In this document: positions 23,453 to 36,137 of the stretch, piece by piece
How positions within the stretch are numbered: the stretch's first letter is position 1
Layout of the letters: the number at the start of each line of letters is the position of its first letter
From: Heterodontus francisci
Taxonomy: Eukaryota
Length of the DNA: 64,000 bases
Reading direction: 5' to 3'
Assembly (NCBI RefSeq): GCF_036365525.1
Contig: NC_090393.1
Coordinates: 54,638,488-54,702,487 of the forward strand
Notes under the pieces: model-generated
The model's database searches: none
What the model saw: only the letters and a program-made list of their open reading frames with translations
Told to the model about the DNA's origin: nothing
Program-made: the position numbers and the translations under genes

Positions 23453-26400
23453 ATGACTGAATGGGTTCAAGTTCTTGCCGCACTGATGCTCTGTCTCCAC
23501 AGTAAGTACCGGCGTTAACCTTCATTATCGCTGCTGTTTGCATTGCTCGGAATTTTTTTTTTTGTGCTTGTGTTTAACAGACCTGAATTAGCAACAATAT
23601 TCACAATTGCAGAGTTTGACTGAACAATAACTTGTTATTTCACCAGGTACAAACGCGGATCCTGTCCTGACTCAGCCAGGATCCATCTCATCCACACCGG
23701 GGAGCACCGTCAAGATCACCTGCACCATGTCCGGAGGCAGTATCGGCAGCTACTACACGAGCTGGTACTGGCAGAAACCCAGCAGTGCCCCTGTATTGGT
23801 TTGGAGCGAGTACAGCGGTAAAGCTTCGGGGATTCCAGATCGATTTACCGGATCTGTGGAGTCATCGAGTAGCAAGTTGCTTTTAACCATCACCAAAGTG
23901 CAGTCGGAGGACGCCGCGGATTATTACTGTGCTGCCAGGAGTAGCAGTGCAGCTGCATATATTTTCGGGAGAGGAACCAAGCTGAACCTGGACAGTAAGT
24001 AACTTATTTCTACTGAGCTTTAACATTTTCAGGGTTAACATCGGAATATCAAAAATCACTTTAAAATCACTGGCTTGGTGGATTGGATGAGAGCAAAACA
24101 GGACTATTTCTCTTATATTTATCTAGAGCTTGTGAATCAGCGTCCGGTGACATTTAAAAGATCGGCATAACTGCGCCCAATTTGACGCAGGGTTTTCAGG
24201 TTGTAAGAGAGGACAGAGGCAATTTTTAAAGATGATACCAGTGCTGCAAGGTTTTAGTTGCAAGAGAACGAGAGTGAAGCTCGGTCTACTGCAAGTTTAC
24301 GGGATGATCTGCTTGAAATGAGCATAGTTCTGAGCAAAATGAAAACAGAGATTTTCACTGATCGGCCAGTCGGTAACCTGAGGACATCAATTGAATGTCA
24401 TTGGTAGAAGGGCGAAGGGACTGGATAGGATATTTTCTTTACCCAGTGGAGTGTTAGGACTGCAGTGTCCTACCTCAAAGAATAGGGCGAGCAGAATCAG
24501 ACTATCGTTTAAAAAGAAAGTGGATAAAACTTTGACAAAGGAAAAACAAATGGATGGGAAAAGGACTAAGTGGGCGCCTTTCAAAGGGTGCGATTGGCCT
24601 GTTTCTGGCCATGATTCCTGAATCCCACAGGGTCTTTGAGATCGGAATACCGCGGCCCTTTTCGGCACAAAAGGCATAAACACAAATTCAAAACTTTCAT
24701 TCTACTGAGAGTAGTACCGGAATTTAATCATCATTCTTGGATTGAGACTGCGGAAGGATAGTGTGGCGACTTGCTGTAAGTCACTCTCACTCGTCTCCAA
24801 ACTCAATGAAAACCGCTCAGTACATGATTCTCAGTCCGACATTTCGCATTAATCCCCGCTGACTATAGTAATCACACTGTTGAGCTCAGTTCAGCTGGTG
24901 ATAACCACACACACTGATCGATTTTCTGCATTCCGCAATAACAAACACCAATAATTGACATGATGCCTATTTTCTTAACAAGTCAGGGGCTCATTATCTT
25001 CCCGCCCAATCTATTGTGTAGCAATGTCTCGGAATCGGTATCAGATTCTTCCTGCTGCTCTTGTGCTCTCAATTGCGCTTTGCTGTCGGTTCTGTGGTTA
25101 GTGTGAGAGGAGTAATATGGAAAATGCACATACTCTATCGCTATTTTGACTTGGTTATTCGGTGGCATCACAGCAAAATGGGCGAAAATGAGATATAAAA
25201 CAGAACATGCCACAGAATATTTTCAATTATTCCTTTTCAAAACGATCGCTGCTATTAACTTTATCGTTCGTTGTTTACTTGCTTGCTCTCGCCATAATCC
25301 TAAAGGTCCAGAGGCATCTCTCCCCATTAGAGAGGCAGTTGGTGATACATAGTTTGAGGATCACCACTCTTCAAGTTTGGGACAAGCCTCCATGAGCTAA
25401 CACAGCCGGTAACGGGATTGAGCCCACGCTGTTGGCGTCATTCTGTCTCATATTCTAGCCGTCCACCCAGCTGACGCCCAGTTCGCTGCAAAACTCTTGT
25501 ATTTAGACAATAATATAAACTGATGGTAAAACCTGTGCAATAATCCCACGAGATTTCAGATATTTCAGTACCTGAATTTTCAGTTAAACTCCGGGTGAGG
25601 CTTGGAGATTATACAAACTCTGACAACAGGGGTTGGAGGCACTTGTCAGACTAATCGCAGTTTCAGTCTCCAAATTAATAACGTCAGGAAAGTGAGGCGA
25701 AGTTGTCGGTTCCAAGGCGAAACTCTCAGAATGGCAATAGATTGTTAAACCGTCACGGTCACATCTAGTGCTGTTGAGACGCGCCGATGTCGCTGACATC
25801 ACACCGCAACATCAGAACCAATTGCAGAGGCTCGGCCTCTCATTTTCGGATTGAAAAAAGTAGTGTTTCAACCTTTTCTTCGTTTCTTCACATTACATAA
25901 ACCATTTTACTGAGGTTTGTCATTGGCAGCTGGTGCTTGTAATACATGGTGCGAAGGGTTATTTAAAAGATATGAGATTCTGAGAGTTCGGCTTTAATCT
26001 TCTTACACTTGGTTATATTTCGTTGTTGCCTTCATGGGAATATTTCGATTGAAGAATAAGAAAAAAAAAGAACGAGCTTGCATTGTTATGCCGCCTTCCA
26101 CGACCTCAGGACATCTGAGCGCACTTCATAGCTAATTTCGTGCTTTTTAAAGGACAGTCACCCTTTGTAATGTATGAAACTCGGCAGCTTATTTGCGCAA
26201 AGTCCCACAAACATCACAGGCCAGATAATCTGTTTTAACGATGTTAGTTGAGGGATGAATATAAACCAGGTCAGGTTGGCTTTATTACTTGCAGATTGCA
26301 CTGCAGCCTCACAGCTCCAGGGACCCGGGTTCGATTCTGGGTACTGCCTGTGTGGAGTTTGCAAGTTCTCCCTGTGTCTGCGTGGGTTTCCTCCGGGTGC

Positions 26401-27644
26401 TCCGGTTTCCTCCCACATGCCAAAGACTTGCAGGTTGATAGGTTAAATTGGCCATTATAAATTGCCCCTAGTATAGGTAGGTGGTAGGGAAATATATAGG
26501 GACAGGTGGGGATGTGATAGGAATATGGGGTTAGTGTAGGATTAGTATAAATGGGTGGTTGATGGTCGGCACAGACTCGGTGGGCCGAAGGGCCTGTTTC
26601 AGTGCTGTATCTCTAAAACTAAAAAAAAATTGAGGTTATATTATTAGACAATATAGATATAATAGTTCACAATAACAGATGTTATTTAGAGGAAACAGTT
26701 TCCGTTTAGTGAAAACGTATGAATTGTGACCCACTGACCCCAAAGAAGTCCCCAAACAGCGTAATTAGAATGTGATAGAACAGTCTTCTGAGGTTTTAGG
26801 CAAAAGAGTCACCGTCGGACGAGCGGGAAACCTTGTGGCAGCGAGAAAGGAGCAAAGCGGCAGAAATCCAAATATTAGTTCAAGATTCACTTCCGTCAAA
26901 GCAAGTGCAAATCGTTGGTTTAACAGTTTGGCCTTAAATGTTTGGCCTTAAATATTGAACAATCTTTGCTGTCAGCATTGCCTTTAATATTCTCTAATAT
27001 GCCCTAATTCTGATTTATTGATTATTACGATTCTTTTTAATCTTTATCTTATTTTCTGAGCGCATTATTTTGGTTAGATTCAAATTTCTCTTAAGAATTT
27101 GTATGCGTTTCTTGCCTTAAGGAAAAGTAGGAATCTTTTCTCAGGTTATATATTCCCCGGGACTGTTGGCCCCAGCTTTTGGACTCTAACGGGATTCCGT
27201 TCTGTTAAACTCATTATAGCTATTTAATGTAATTTTAAAAGTTTTCAAAAATGTCAAACATTGATTCCGACTTTTATGTGGATGAAGAATGGATCTACTT
27301 CAATTTATTTCTGATTTTCAGATCCACGGGTCCCCTCGGTTTCGGTCCTTCCGCCTTCATCAGATCAAATCGCAGCAAAGAACACGGCGACCCTGGTGTG
27401 TTTGGTGAGCGGGTTTAACCCGGGAGCTGTGGAGATTGAGTGGACTGTAGATGACAGTGTGAGAGGGAATGGTGTTGAGACCAGTCGGATCCAGCAGGAG
27501 ACGGACAGCACGTTCAGTGTGAGCAGTTATCTGACTCTGCCAGCCTCAGAGTGGAACTCACACGAGCTTTACTCCTGTGTGGTTAAACACGAGACTCAGG
27601 CAAATCCGCTAAAAACAAGTATCTCGAGGTCCAGTTGTATCTGA
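23453..27644 (+). CDS. IGL: Immunoglobulin light chain, shark type II/lambda, germline-joined VJ, gene 1. Exons 23453-23501 (leader), 23647-23994 (leader end + V-J), 27322-27644 (C); 239 aa
   Basis: ATG 23453 gives MTEWVQVLAALMLCLH-A|GTAAGT. Acceptor caccag at 23646 gives S-TNA-DPVLTQPGSISSTPGSTVKITCTMSGGSIGSYYTSWYWQKP...DAADYYCAARSSSAAAYIFGRGTKLNLD-A|GTAAGT. Acceptor ttttcag at 27321 gives NPRVPSVSVLPPSSDQIAAKNTATLVCLVSGFNPG...YSCVVKHETQANPLKTSISRSSCI*. Both introns are phase 1 and the exons sum to 720 nt in frame. Canonical Cys/Trp/Cys, FGXG and penultimate Cys are present. Confidence 0.96.
25300..25475 (-). mobile_element. Old tRNA-derived SINE in the J-C intron (paralog ~54430-54605)
   Basis: Minus strand tcagctgggtggacggct...gtgggctcaatcccg has A/B-box-like spacing. 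Confidence 0.5.
26070..26270 (-). mobile_element. Deu-SINE/L2-tail-like remnant in the J-C intron (paralog ~55200-55400)
   Basis: gcttgcattgttatgccgccttccacgacctcaggacatc...cccacaaac...gttgagggatgaatat resembles a shark Deu-SINE 3' part in reverse. Confidence 0.5.
26299..26628 (+). mobile_element. HE1-type SINE in the gene 1 J-C intron; absent from gene 2
   Basis: B-box gggttcgattc, core and tail present. attg is duplicated at the flanks. Empty site gcagattgaggtt at 55422. Confidence 0.92.
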
Positions 27645-27858
27645 TTCAAAATCTTATGTATTGATTTGTTATTCCAGCAGCAAAGTTTCTTTACAAATAT
27701 ATTCCGCAAACGGCCATTACATGCTTGCTTTTCAGTGGAACATTTCAAATCAGAACAGTGGTGCAGTTTATCCGGTGGATTCCGCTGTCTGTTTTTTTAC
27801 AGTGTGTTCACCCTGAACTGATCAAAGTTTCAGTGTAACCTTACAAACATCACAGTTT

Positions 27859-27864
27859 AATAAA
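27859..27864 (+). terminator. Polyadenylation signal, IgL gene 1
   Basis: AATAAA ~215 nt after the stop, followed by a GT/T-rich element (tgtgttgttattttt). Conserved in gene 2. Confidence 0.8.
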
Positions 27865-29409
27865 ACGACTATTCCGCTATCTCATGTGTTGTTATTTTTC
27901 TGTGCCGTTGGGTCTGAAACAATTGTTAGCAACTTCCTACATGTGATTAAATAGCGGTTTTATTTTTGCAACATTCTGCACATTTTGTGTAAAGCCTTTG
28001 CCATCAGTCAAAATAATCAGATTATGTACACGAAGACGTGGAAGTAATCTGGCAACATATTTTCAAAGATAGACCTGGCTGAATTTTGTTCCTGTCGGGA
28101 TGGAGCTGAACCATTTGTCAGTGTTTCTGACACGAATTCAAAGCACTTGGTGCAAGTGTTTCTTAATCATCTGGTTACACAAATTCAGGGCAAACCCCGT
28201 GACCGCCTCTCTTTTGGAGACCCCGCACTTAACGCGCGGTGCAATTCCTGACACTGCATTCTTTTTTCAAAATTATCCGATGACTTTAAGTGGTCAATAA
28301 TGGTTAGATTGAATCAGGTTATTTTAGAAGCAAGTCATAACTAGAGATTCCTTGAGGCCTTTGACCGAAACCAGCTCATATAACAGTCGCGCTTTTTAAA
28401 TTCAGCCTCACACAAATCACCAACTCGGTGCAGTATCCCTTTAGCATCTAGCCTTCTTTGTTCAGACTGATGTAGGTCTACGGTACATAAATCGTTAAAA
28501 GTAGCATTATTAGTTGTTAAGGCCATAGCGAGTGAAAACAAAGTGCCAGCTAATTTCTATTGGAATAGAATACAACAGCAGGGGGGTTTATGTTAGATTT
28601 ATACAGAACTGTGCTCAGCATTGGACTCCATACTACAAATGATACTGAAGGACTTGAGAAAGTGCCGAACGTATCTGCAATGTTGTTACTCGAATTGGGA
28701 TGATGCAACTATCAGGTAAATTAGCATGTTGGGCAATTTTCCCTTATTAAGAGAAGACTGGGTATAATTTATAGAGGGCTTTAAAATTATGAAGTGCGAC
28801 AGGATAGACGTGCAGAAACTGTTCCGACGGTGCGTTAGACCAGAACAGTGAGGCGTAAATATCAGATCTCCACGGTCCGATGACATCAATAGTTTACTTG
28901 AAGATACGGATTGGTGCTTGATTGGGAGGTCTTCCAGCCCAGCTTTTCGCCATATATATTAATGAAGTCATACAGAGTTATATAAACAAGTTGCAGATCA
29001 CACCAAATTCGGAGGTCGAGTAACTTTTGCCTCTCCTCAATGGAAAAAAAACCCTCTCAGAAATATTAAAGAACCAAGGGGCTAGCAAAAATGAGGAACT
29101 GAAATAAATTAGTATTCGTAAAAATGTAGTACTGGGGAATGATTAGGACTGAAAGTTGATAAATCCCCTGGAACTGATGTTTAACATGCCACACTGTTGA
29201 AAGTGTTGGCTGGAGAGACAGTGGATGCGTTGGTGATCATCTTCCAAAATTCTATAGATTCTGGAATTGTTCCTGCAGATTGAATGGTAGCAAATGTAAC
29301 CCCACTAATTAAGAAAGGAGGGAGAGAGCAAACGGGAACCACAGACCTGTTTTCCTGACAGTAGTAGGGAAAATGCTAGAATCTAATATAAAGGATGTTA
29401 TAACCAGAC

Positions 29410-29446
29410 AGTTCCGAAGAAGGGTCACTGACCCGAAACGTTAACT
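29410..29446 (+). ncRNA. Minimal type I hammerhead ribozyme motif in a 131-bp Penelope-derived insertion (29414-29544)
   Basis: agtt-CCGAAGA-a-gggtc-act-gaccc-GAAA-CG-TT-aact: stem I agtt/aact, perfect stem II gggtc/gaccc, palindromic ACGT in place of stem III. The core has a U4C variant and one extra A. Confidence 0.65.
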
Positions 29447-31562
29447 CTGCTTCTCTTTCCACAGATGCTGCCAGACCTGCTGAGTGAATCCAGCATTTCT
29501 TGTTTTTGTTTCAGATTTCCAGCATCCGCAGTATTTTGCTTTTAAGTTAAAAAATAATGGTAGGATTCGGCAGGGTCAATAGGGATCTGTGAAAGAGAAA
29601 TCATGTGACAAACCTATTAGTCTTTGAGGATGTATCCAGCAGAATAGATAAGGCGGAGACATGGATGTGGTGTGTTTGAGTTTTCAGAAGGCTTTTGATA
29701 AGGTCCCATACAGGCTGGTCAACAAAATTAGAACACATGGGATTGGGGGTAATATACTGGCGTGGATTGAGAATTGGTTAATGGACAGAAAACAGAGAGT
29801 AGGAAAAAACTGGTCATTCTCAGGTTAGTAGGCTTTGGATCACTGCTTGTGTACCAGCTAATCACAATCTAAATCAATGGTTTGGATGTGGGGGCTGAAT
29901 GCAATATTTGCAAGTTTGCTGATTAGACAAAACCAGGTGGGCATGTGATTTGTGAGGAGGATGCAAAGAGTCTTCAAGGGGATGCAAATTGCTTAAGTGA
30001 GTGGGCAAGGATATGGTTGATGGAATATAATGTGGAAAAATATGAGGTTATCCACTTTGTTCGGAAAAAACAGAAACGCAGAGTATTTCTTAAATGGTGA
30101 GAGATTGCGAAGTGTTGATGTCCAAAGGGACCTGGGTGACTTTGTTCATAAGTCATTGAATGCTAACATGCAGGTGCAGCAAGCAATTAGGAAGCCAAAT
30201 GGTATGTTAGCCTTTATTGCAAGAGAATTTGAGTTTAGCAGTAAAGAAGTTTTGCTGCAATTGTGTAGAGTCCTGGTGAGACCGCACCTGGAGTATTGTG
30301 CGCAGTTTTGATCTTCTTACCAAAGGAGAGTGTCATAGATGGAGTGCAATGAAGGTTCACCAGACTGATACTCAGGATGGCGGGATTGTCCTGTGAGGAG
30401 AGATTGAGGAGACTGGGCCTATATTCTCTAGAATTTAGAATAATGAGAGGCGATCTCATTGAAGCACACAAAATTCTTACAGGGCTCAACCAAGTTGATG
30501 AAGGAAGGATGTTCCCCTGGTTGGCTGGGGGTGGGAGGGGAATGGTGGAGGGGGTCGGCGGTGGTCTACAACCAGGGGACACAGTGTCAGAATAAGAGGT
30601 AGGTCATTTAGGGCAGAGCTAAGGAGGAATTTCTTCACTCAGAGGGTGATAAATGTGTGGAATTCACTGGCCCAGAATGCTTGGTCATGAGTATCTTCAA
30701 GACAGAGAGTGATAGATTTCTAGACATTATTAATATCAAGGGATATGGGAATAGTGCAGCAAAATGGCATTGTGGTCGAAGATCAGCCATGATCTAGAAT
30801 AGTGGAAGACCAGGATCGAAGGGCGCTGTGGCCTACTCCTGCTCCTATGTCCTTTGATCCTAAGGTTGAAATTGAATGCTGACAAGCTCAGAAGTTTAGT
30901 TTATGTTTAGTTTAAAGATACAGCTCAATTGATCGGTTGCTATGCCCTCGATTCTTCGTAGTAACAAATAGTGAGAAATTATTAAAATTACATGATCGAG
31001 TCACAGATTAATATCGACCTGATTACAAATATGTTGCGAACACACAGCGTGAAAGTTGTTTTCAGTCAGCATACCTGTTTGTGCACATTGTTTCATGTCT
31101 ACTGCTAAGATAAACAGCTAGTGCATGTATTAGATATTATCATTCACGTAGCTGCCGCCCAACCCCCACCTGCAGTAGGATACCAAACAATTTGATAGGG
31201 CCTTGGTGAGCAATTTCTTCACTCAATCTTCATAATTCTGTACCCCAGAGGGCTGTGACTGCTCAGTAGTTGAGCTTATTTAAGACAGAAATCGATAGTT
31301 TTTTGGATACTGAAAGAATCAAGGAATTTAGGAGTAGGGCTGGAAAGTGTATTTGATGTGGAAGATCAGGCAGGAAAATCATTGAATGGCGGAACAGGCT
31401 CAAAAGCCCAAATGGCGCGATGCAATTTCTATTTCTTTTGTTGCTTTGTTCTCATTTCTTTGTTTTGTAGCACCACAGTGGGCAGTCTGAGTGAAAGAGA
31501 TTTCCCTTCTCTTCCCAGCAGTGTTGCTGTGGAGCAGCCCGTAGGCAACCGCCCCACCATGA

Positions 31563-32190
31563 CAAAAGCAAAATACTGCGGATGCTGGAAATCTAAAACA
31601 AAAACAGAAAGTGCGGAAATACTCAGCAGGTCTCGCAGCATCTGTGGAGAGAGAAGCAGAATTAACATTTCAGGTCTGTGACCTATCATCAGACTGGCAA
31701 ATATTAGAAATGTAATCAGTTTTAAGCAAGTAGAGCGGGGTGGGGGTAAAGAGAACAAAAGGGGAGGTGTGTGATAGGACAGAGGGCCGGAGAAATTTAC
31801 TGACAAGAATGTCATGGAGCAAAGGCAAAGAGAGCGGGCGAATGGTGTGGTGAAAGACAAAGCATTAATGCAGAAAGAGTGTCAATGACAGAATAATGAG
31901 CAGCCCTAGCCAAAAGCACAAACGTGAAAAATCCATTTTAAGGCAGGCACATGGTTAAAAAAAAGATAAAACAAAATATAACAAAATAATTATAAAAAGG
32001 TGGCCAGTCATGCTCTGAAATTATTGCACTCAATGTTCAGTCCTGGTGCCGAATCAGAAAATGAGGTGCTCCTCCTCAGTGTTGCTTTGATGTTCACTGG
32101 AACACTGCAGCAGGCCCAGGACAGAAATGTGGGCATGGGAGCAGGGGTGTGTGTTGAAATGGCAAGCAACCGGAAGCTGGCCGACTGAAC
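31563..32190 (-). mobile_element. Penelope-like element 3' fragment with hammerhead core
   Basis: Same terminal repeat (ctccacagatgctg...ccagcatccgcagtattttgctttt) on the minus strand, plus a GIY-YIG C-terminal remnant. Confidence 0.8.
31660..31695 (-). ncRNA. Minimal hammerhead ribozyme motif (Penelope terminal repeat)
   Basis: Minus strand: agt-CTGATGA-t-aggtc-aca-gacct-GAAA-TG-TT-aatt. Core and stem II intact; stem I weakened. Confidence 0.55.
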
Positions 32191-32356
32191 GGAGATGTTC
32201 CGCTGTTTCACCTCTGGGTTAATTTTCTGCGAGCCTTCATCAGTTGTCTCCTTTTCTGGTACTTGTGATTTCAAGCCAGTATTCTGATGTACTTGTACCA
32301 GTTATACGAAACGTAATCAAAATCTCCAGTTAACGTTAACCATAACTGCAGGTAAT

Positions 32357-32538
32357 AAAAAACAAAGTGTTGTAAATAGCAGCTCTGGCAACATCAGAAC
32401 AGTTCTGATGAAAATCCACAGACCTGAAACGTTAACTCTGCTTCTCTCTCCACAGATGTTGCCAGACCTGCTGAGTATTTCCAGCACTTTCTGCTCTTAT
32501 TTCAGATTTCCAGCATCCGCAGTATTTTGCTTTTATAA
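32357..32538 (+). mobile_element. Short Penelope terminal-repeat insertion with degenerate hammerhead, flanked by a 13-bp direct repeat
   Basis: aactgcaggtaat at 32344-32356 and 32539-32551. Inside: agtt-CTGATGA...GAAACGTT-aact at 32401-32437. Confidence 0.7.
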
Positions 32539-32709
32539 AACTGCAGGTAATCTCGCCATTAATCAATCTTAACCAAGACAGCATTCCAATTAAACTCCTC
32601 AAACACAACATGAAGGAGAGTACAAGGGCTCTCTAGAAAATTCAGGGCTCACTATTCATTTACATAGATGTTGGAATTTCTTTGGGATTTATCCCACAAG
32701 TGATCAGTG

Positions 32710-33226
32710 GATCGGCTCCTTCGAAAATCTCTTGTTCGGTCTATCAGCAGAATGGCCTGAATAACGGCGAGGATGAAGAGACCGATCTGGCACATCAGGG
32801 CAAAGTTATAGTAGCAGTTCTAACAGAGGGAGAAAACATCATCCTCCGCTAGAGAGAACATCCGCCTGTCTCTGCAGCTCCGCCTTTGAGGAGCAGTTTA
32901 TTGTTCTTATACTGAGATTGGTCTTCCTGTTTGAGAAACCAGGATCTCAGGTAGAAGTGTTACAATCACAACTCCCTTGATTACTGACCAATGACACTCA
33001 AGTATTGCAGAGGTTCAAACAATCCATTGAGAATTGCAGATCATTTGCTCTTGTTCACTTTGATCTTGGTGAGGGTGGCCGCAAAATGCTTTGGAATTGT
33101 GCTTACATTCATTCAGCTCTTGACAGCTGCAGTCCGTAAACGTCCCGGAAAAGCAACAAGTTACCGGAACTGGAAGACCGCCACAGGAACTAAGAAGTCT
33201 TCTTGCCATTTCACTATTGGCATCGT
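32710..33226 (-). pseudogene. GP1BB: GP1BB-like pseudogene, unit B
   Basis: Paralog of 2870-3403 sharing most lesions (gaat duplication, TGA in the LRR, TAG before the TM). An extra ~220 bp deletion affects the tail and 3' region. Confidence 0.78.
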
Positions 33227-36137
33227 CTGGACGAAAATTAGTGGGTTAGCTCGAAAAATAACGCATTTACAAGCAGCTGGTTGTGACAAGGAAAAACAAA
33301 TACACTAAACGTTAGGGCTATATGTGGAAACTACAGGGCCCGGTAAAACATAGCCCGAGATACTTGCACAAGTAGAATCGAATGTTTATCTGAAAGTTAT
33401 AATCAAACTAATGAGACGTGATCTTCAAACACAGTGTCAGGTACAGAACACTGCCATAAGTGTTAGATTTACTGTTCATTCCTTACAGCAAAATTACACT
33501 AATGTTCCATTTCTGTATTTCAAAATAGCGTTTGAGACCAGAAGATTAAGTTTACATCAAAACAGCTTTAAGGCAAAATAATTAAATACAAGCACTAGAA
33601 TATACTCCGAATATCTCAAATCTTGAAGGATCAGCCCAAACAAAAATTATTTCATGGAATAATTTAAAGAGAGAAAAATCCCCCAAGTAACGTATAACCA
33701 CATTTACACTTCCCAGCGTTCTAGCCTATGACCCTCCATTCAAGACAACCAATTCTGCTTAATCACATCCTAACCTGGACCTTAAATGGTCTTTATCACT
33801 TTAAAGTCCTTACTCTCTTTCATCCCGGCCAGTCCTCGGTATGGCCATCATGTGCACTCCCTGAAGTTCACACCTGCCCTAGCTCTGAACTTGCATCTTC
33901 GTCTCCTATTCTGCTCATGCCCTCTCCAAGTTCATCTTGTCCATGAAACCAACTGCTGTCCTGAAACTATTCAAATTAAACTGGTGACCACGCAGTCTAC
34001 CTTCCTGGCCCCGATGTTGTTTGATATTGTGAGTGGTTCTCTCTCCTCAGGTACTTTCCCCATCTTCAAACCTATCGTCAGCATCCGTCTTCTAAAACAA
34101 TCACCCTTACCCTCTGTCCTTGCAAACTGCTGACCCATCTTCAACCACCCTACCTCTCTGAACTCCTCAAGTGTGTTGTCACCTCCCACATCCATGGCTA
34201 GCTTTCCAGCAACTGGACATTTGAGTTGCTCCAATCAGATTGCTGCCCCTGCCACAGTAAACACCCTCATCAAAATCACAAATGGCATCATTTGTCATTG
34301 TGACCACGGTAAACTATTCCTGTTCATCTTTCTCGACCGGTCTTCAGCCTTTGGCACAGTTAACCAACCATCTGCCTCCAACACCTTTCCATCGCTATCC
34401 AGCTGGGTGGGGCCGCCCTCACCTCGTTCTATTCTTATCCATCCTGCCGTAGCCGGAGAATAACCTGCAATAGCTCTCTTCTCACTCCCATGCATTATCG
34501 CTGGCGTACCCCAATACTCTATCCTTGACTCCCTCCTATTTCTCATCTATATACTGCCTGTTGGGGACTTCATCTGGAAATACCATGTCTGGCGCCACAT
34601 GAACTCTGATAACATCCAGGTCTGCCTCATCACTCGCTCTCTTGTCCTCTCCACTGTTTCTACTTTGTTATATGGCTTGTCCGACATTCAGCACAAGATG
34701 AACGATAATTTCCTCCAACTAAATATTGGAAAGAGGGAAGCCATTGTCTTCCATCCTCATCACAAATTCCAGTCCATCGCCACCAACTCCTTCCCTGTCC
34801 CTGGCAACTGTCTGAGGCTGACCCAAACTGTTTGTAACCTTGGTGTTGTATTTGAGCCTTCCAGGTGCTTGTGAACACACAATCCGTCACAAGACTGTCT
34901 AATCCCACCTTAACATTGCCCGACTTCACCCCTGCTTCAGCTCATCTGAAACTGAAACCCTTATCCATTCCTTTATTTCCTCCAGACATGACTATTCCTA
35001 CTCTCATCTGGTCAGCTTTCCATCTACCACACTACATAAGCTTGACTTTATCCAAAATTCTGGTGCCCATATGCTACCTCGCACCAATTCCTTTTCACCC
35101 ATCTCCCCTATGCTCACTGGCCGACATTCAACAATGCCGTAATTTGAAAACTTTCATTGTTGTTTACAAATTTCTCCATGGCCTTTTCTCTTGCCTGTTC
35201 CATAACATTCTGCAATCATACAACCCTCTGAAATTTCTGAGCGCCTCCCATTCTGGCCACTTACACTGACCCGATTTTAATTACTCCATTATTGACAGCA
35301 GTGCCTTCAGGAGATGAGGTCTTAAGCTCTGGACTTCTCTGTCAAGCAGAACTGCCTCTCTTCCTCTATCTCCTCCTTGAAGGGGCACCTTAAAACCTAT
35401 CTCTTTGATCAACAAACCCTGTTCGAACATCTTCTTTTGTTGTTCTCCATAAACTTTTGTTAGACTATGTTCATATAAAGCAGCTGGGATGTTTCACTGC
35501 CTTAAAGTACTCTATAAATGCAAGTGGTTGTTGTTTTAATAGTAAAGTCAAGTCAGTCATTGCGATTTCTGATACATTGCTTGTCTATCGATCACTCTAG
35601 TTTGCTTGTCAGCCCTGCTTTGCTAAATCAATGAATAGGAGGAGAATACTACCCAAACGGGACTTTTGGCAGCTTTCCCTTTGGGAAATTGATCTCTTGT
35701 GAAGCTCATTGGCTAAATATGTCTCACAGTGAGCTGGATTTTACATTCAGTTTGAAGGCGGGTTCTTTGGCGGGTTGGGCCGGAGAATCAGCACAAATTC
35801 ATCTACCAAGGAACCTGATGCCTCCTGCCGGATTCTGATTTCCTCGGAGGCGCCGAAATTCCATGGTGGCACTGCCACCGCTCTGTGATGAGACAGTAAT
35901 TTAAATATGTTAAATACAATTTTGCATTAATTATCATATAATTCACTGCAATCCAACTAGCTGTTAGCAATCTTCTGCATGACATGTGGCACTCGCGTGC
36001 TTTCACTTTCCTGTCTCTGAAAAGCTGGCAGCACCGAGGTGTGAGACCTTGGTGCTTCCAAAGGTTTGGTAAATTATGCGTTGTTCTCCTGTTGAACTTG
36101 TTTTAACTTCGGACATTACCACTAAGGCCAATCTGCA

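Larger units (their letters stand above)
1..28093 (+). repeat. Tandem segmental duplication, unit A
   Basis: Base 1 (gtagggatggagctgaaccatttgtcagtg) recurs at 28094 and 56893. The order of internal elements is colinear between units. Confidence 0.95.

Noticed and set aside
23925-23931. Cryptic RSS heptamer (tactgtg) at the end of FR3, suggesting V-replacement
   Set aside because: It is dictated by the Tyr-Cys codons, and there is no nonamer-like sequence at 12 or 23 bp spacing.
23727-24002. ORF-track starts for V (MSGGS...) and C (27396 MCLVS...) as separate small genes
   Set aside because: These are internal codons of spliced exons; the true start is the leader ATG at 23453.
24983-25213. 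Antisense intronic ORF (…RAQEQQEESDTDSE…) present in both genes
   Set aside because: Short, with no recognisable domain; its persistence is expected from the high paralog identity.
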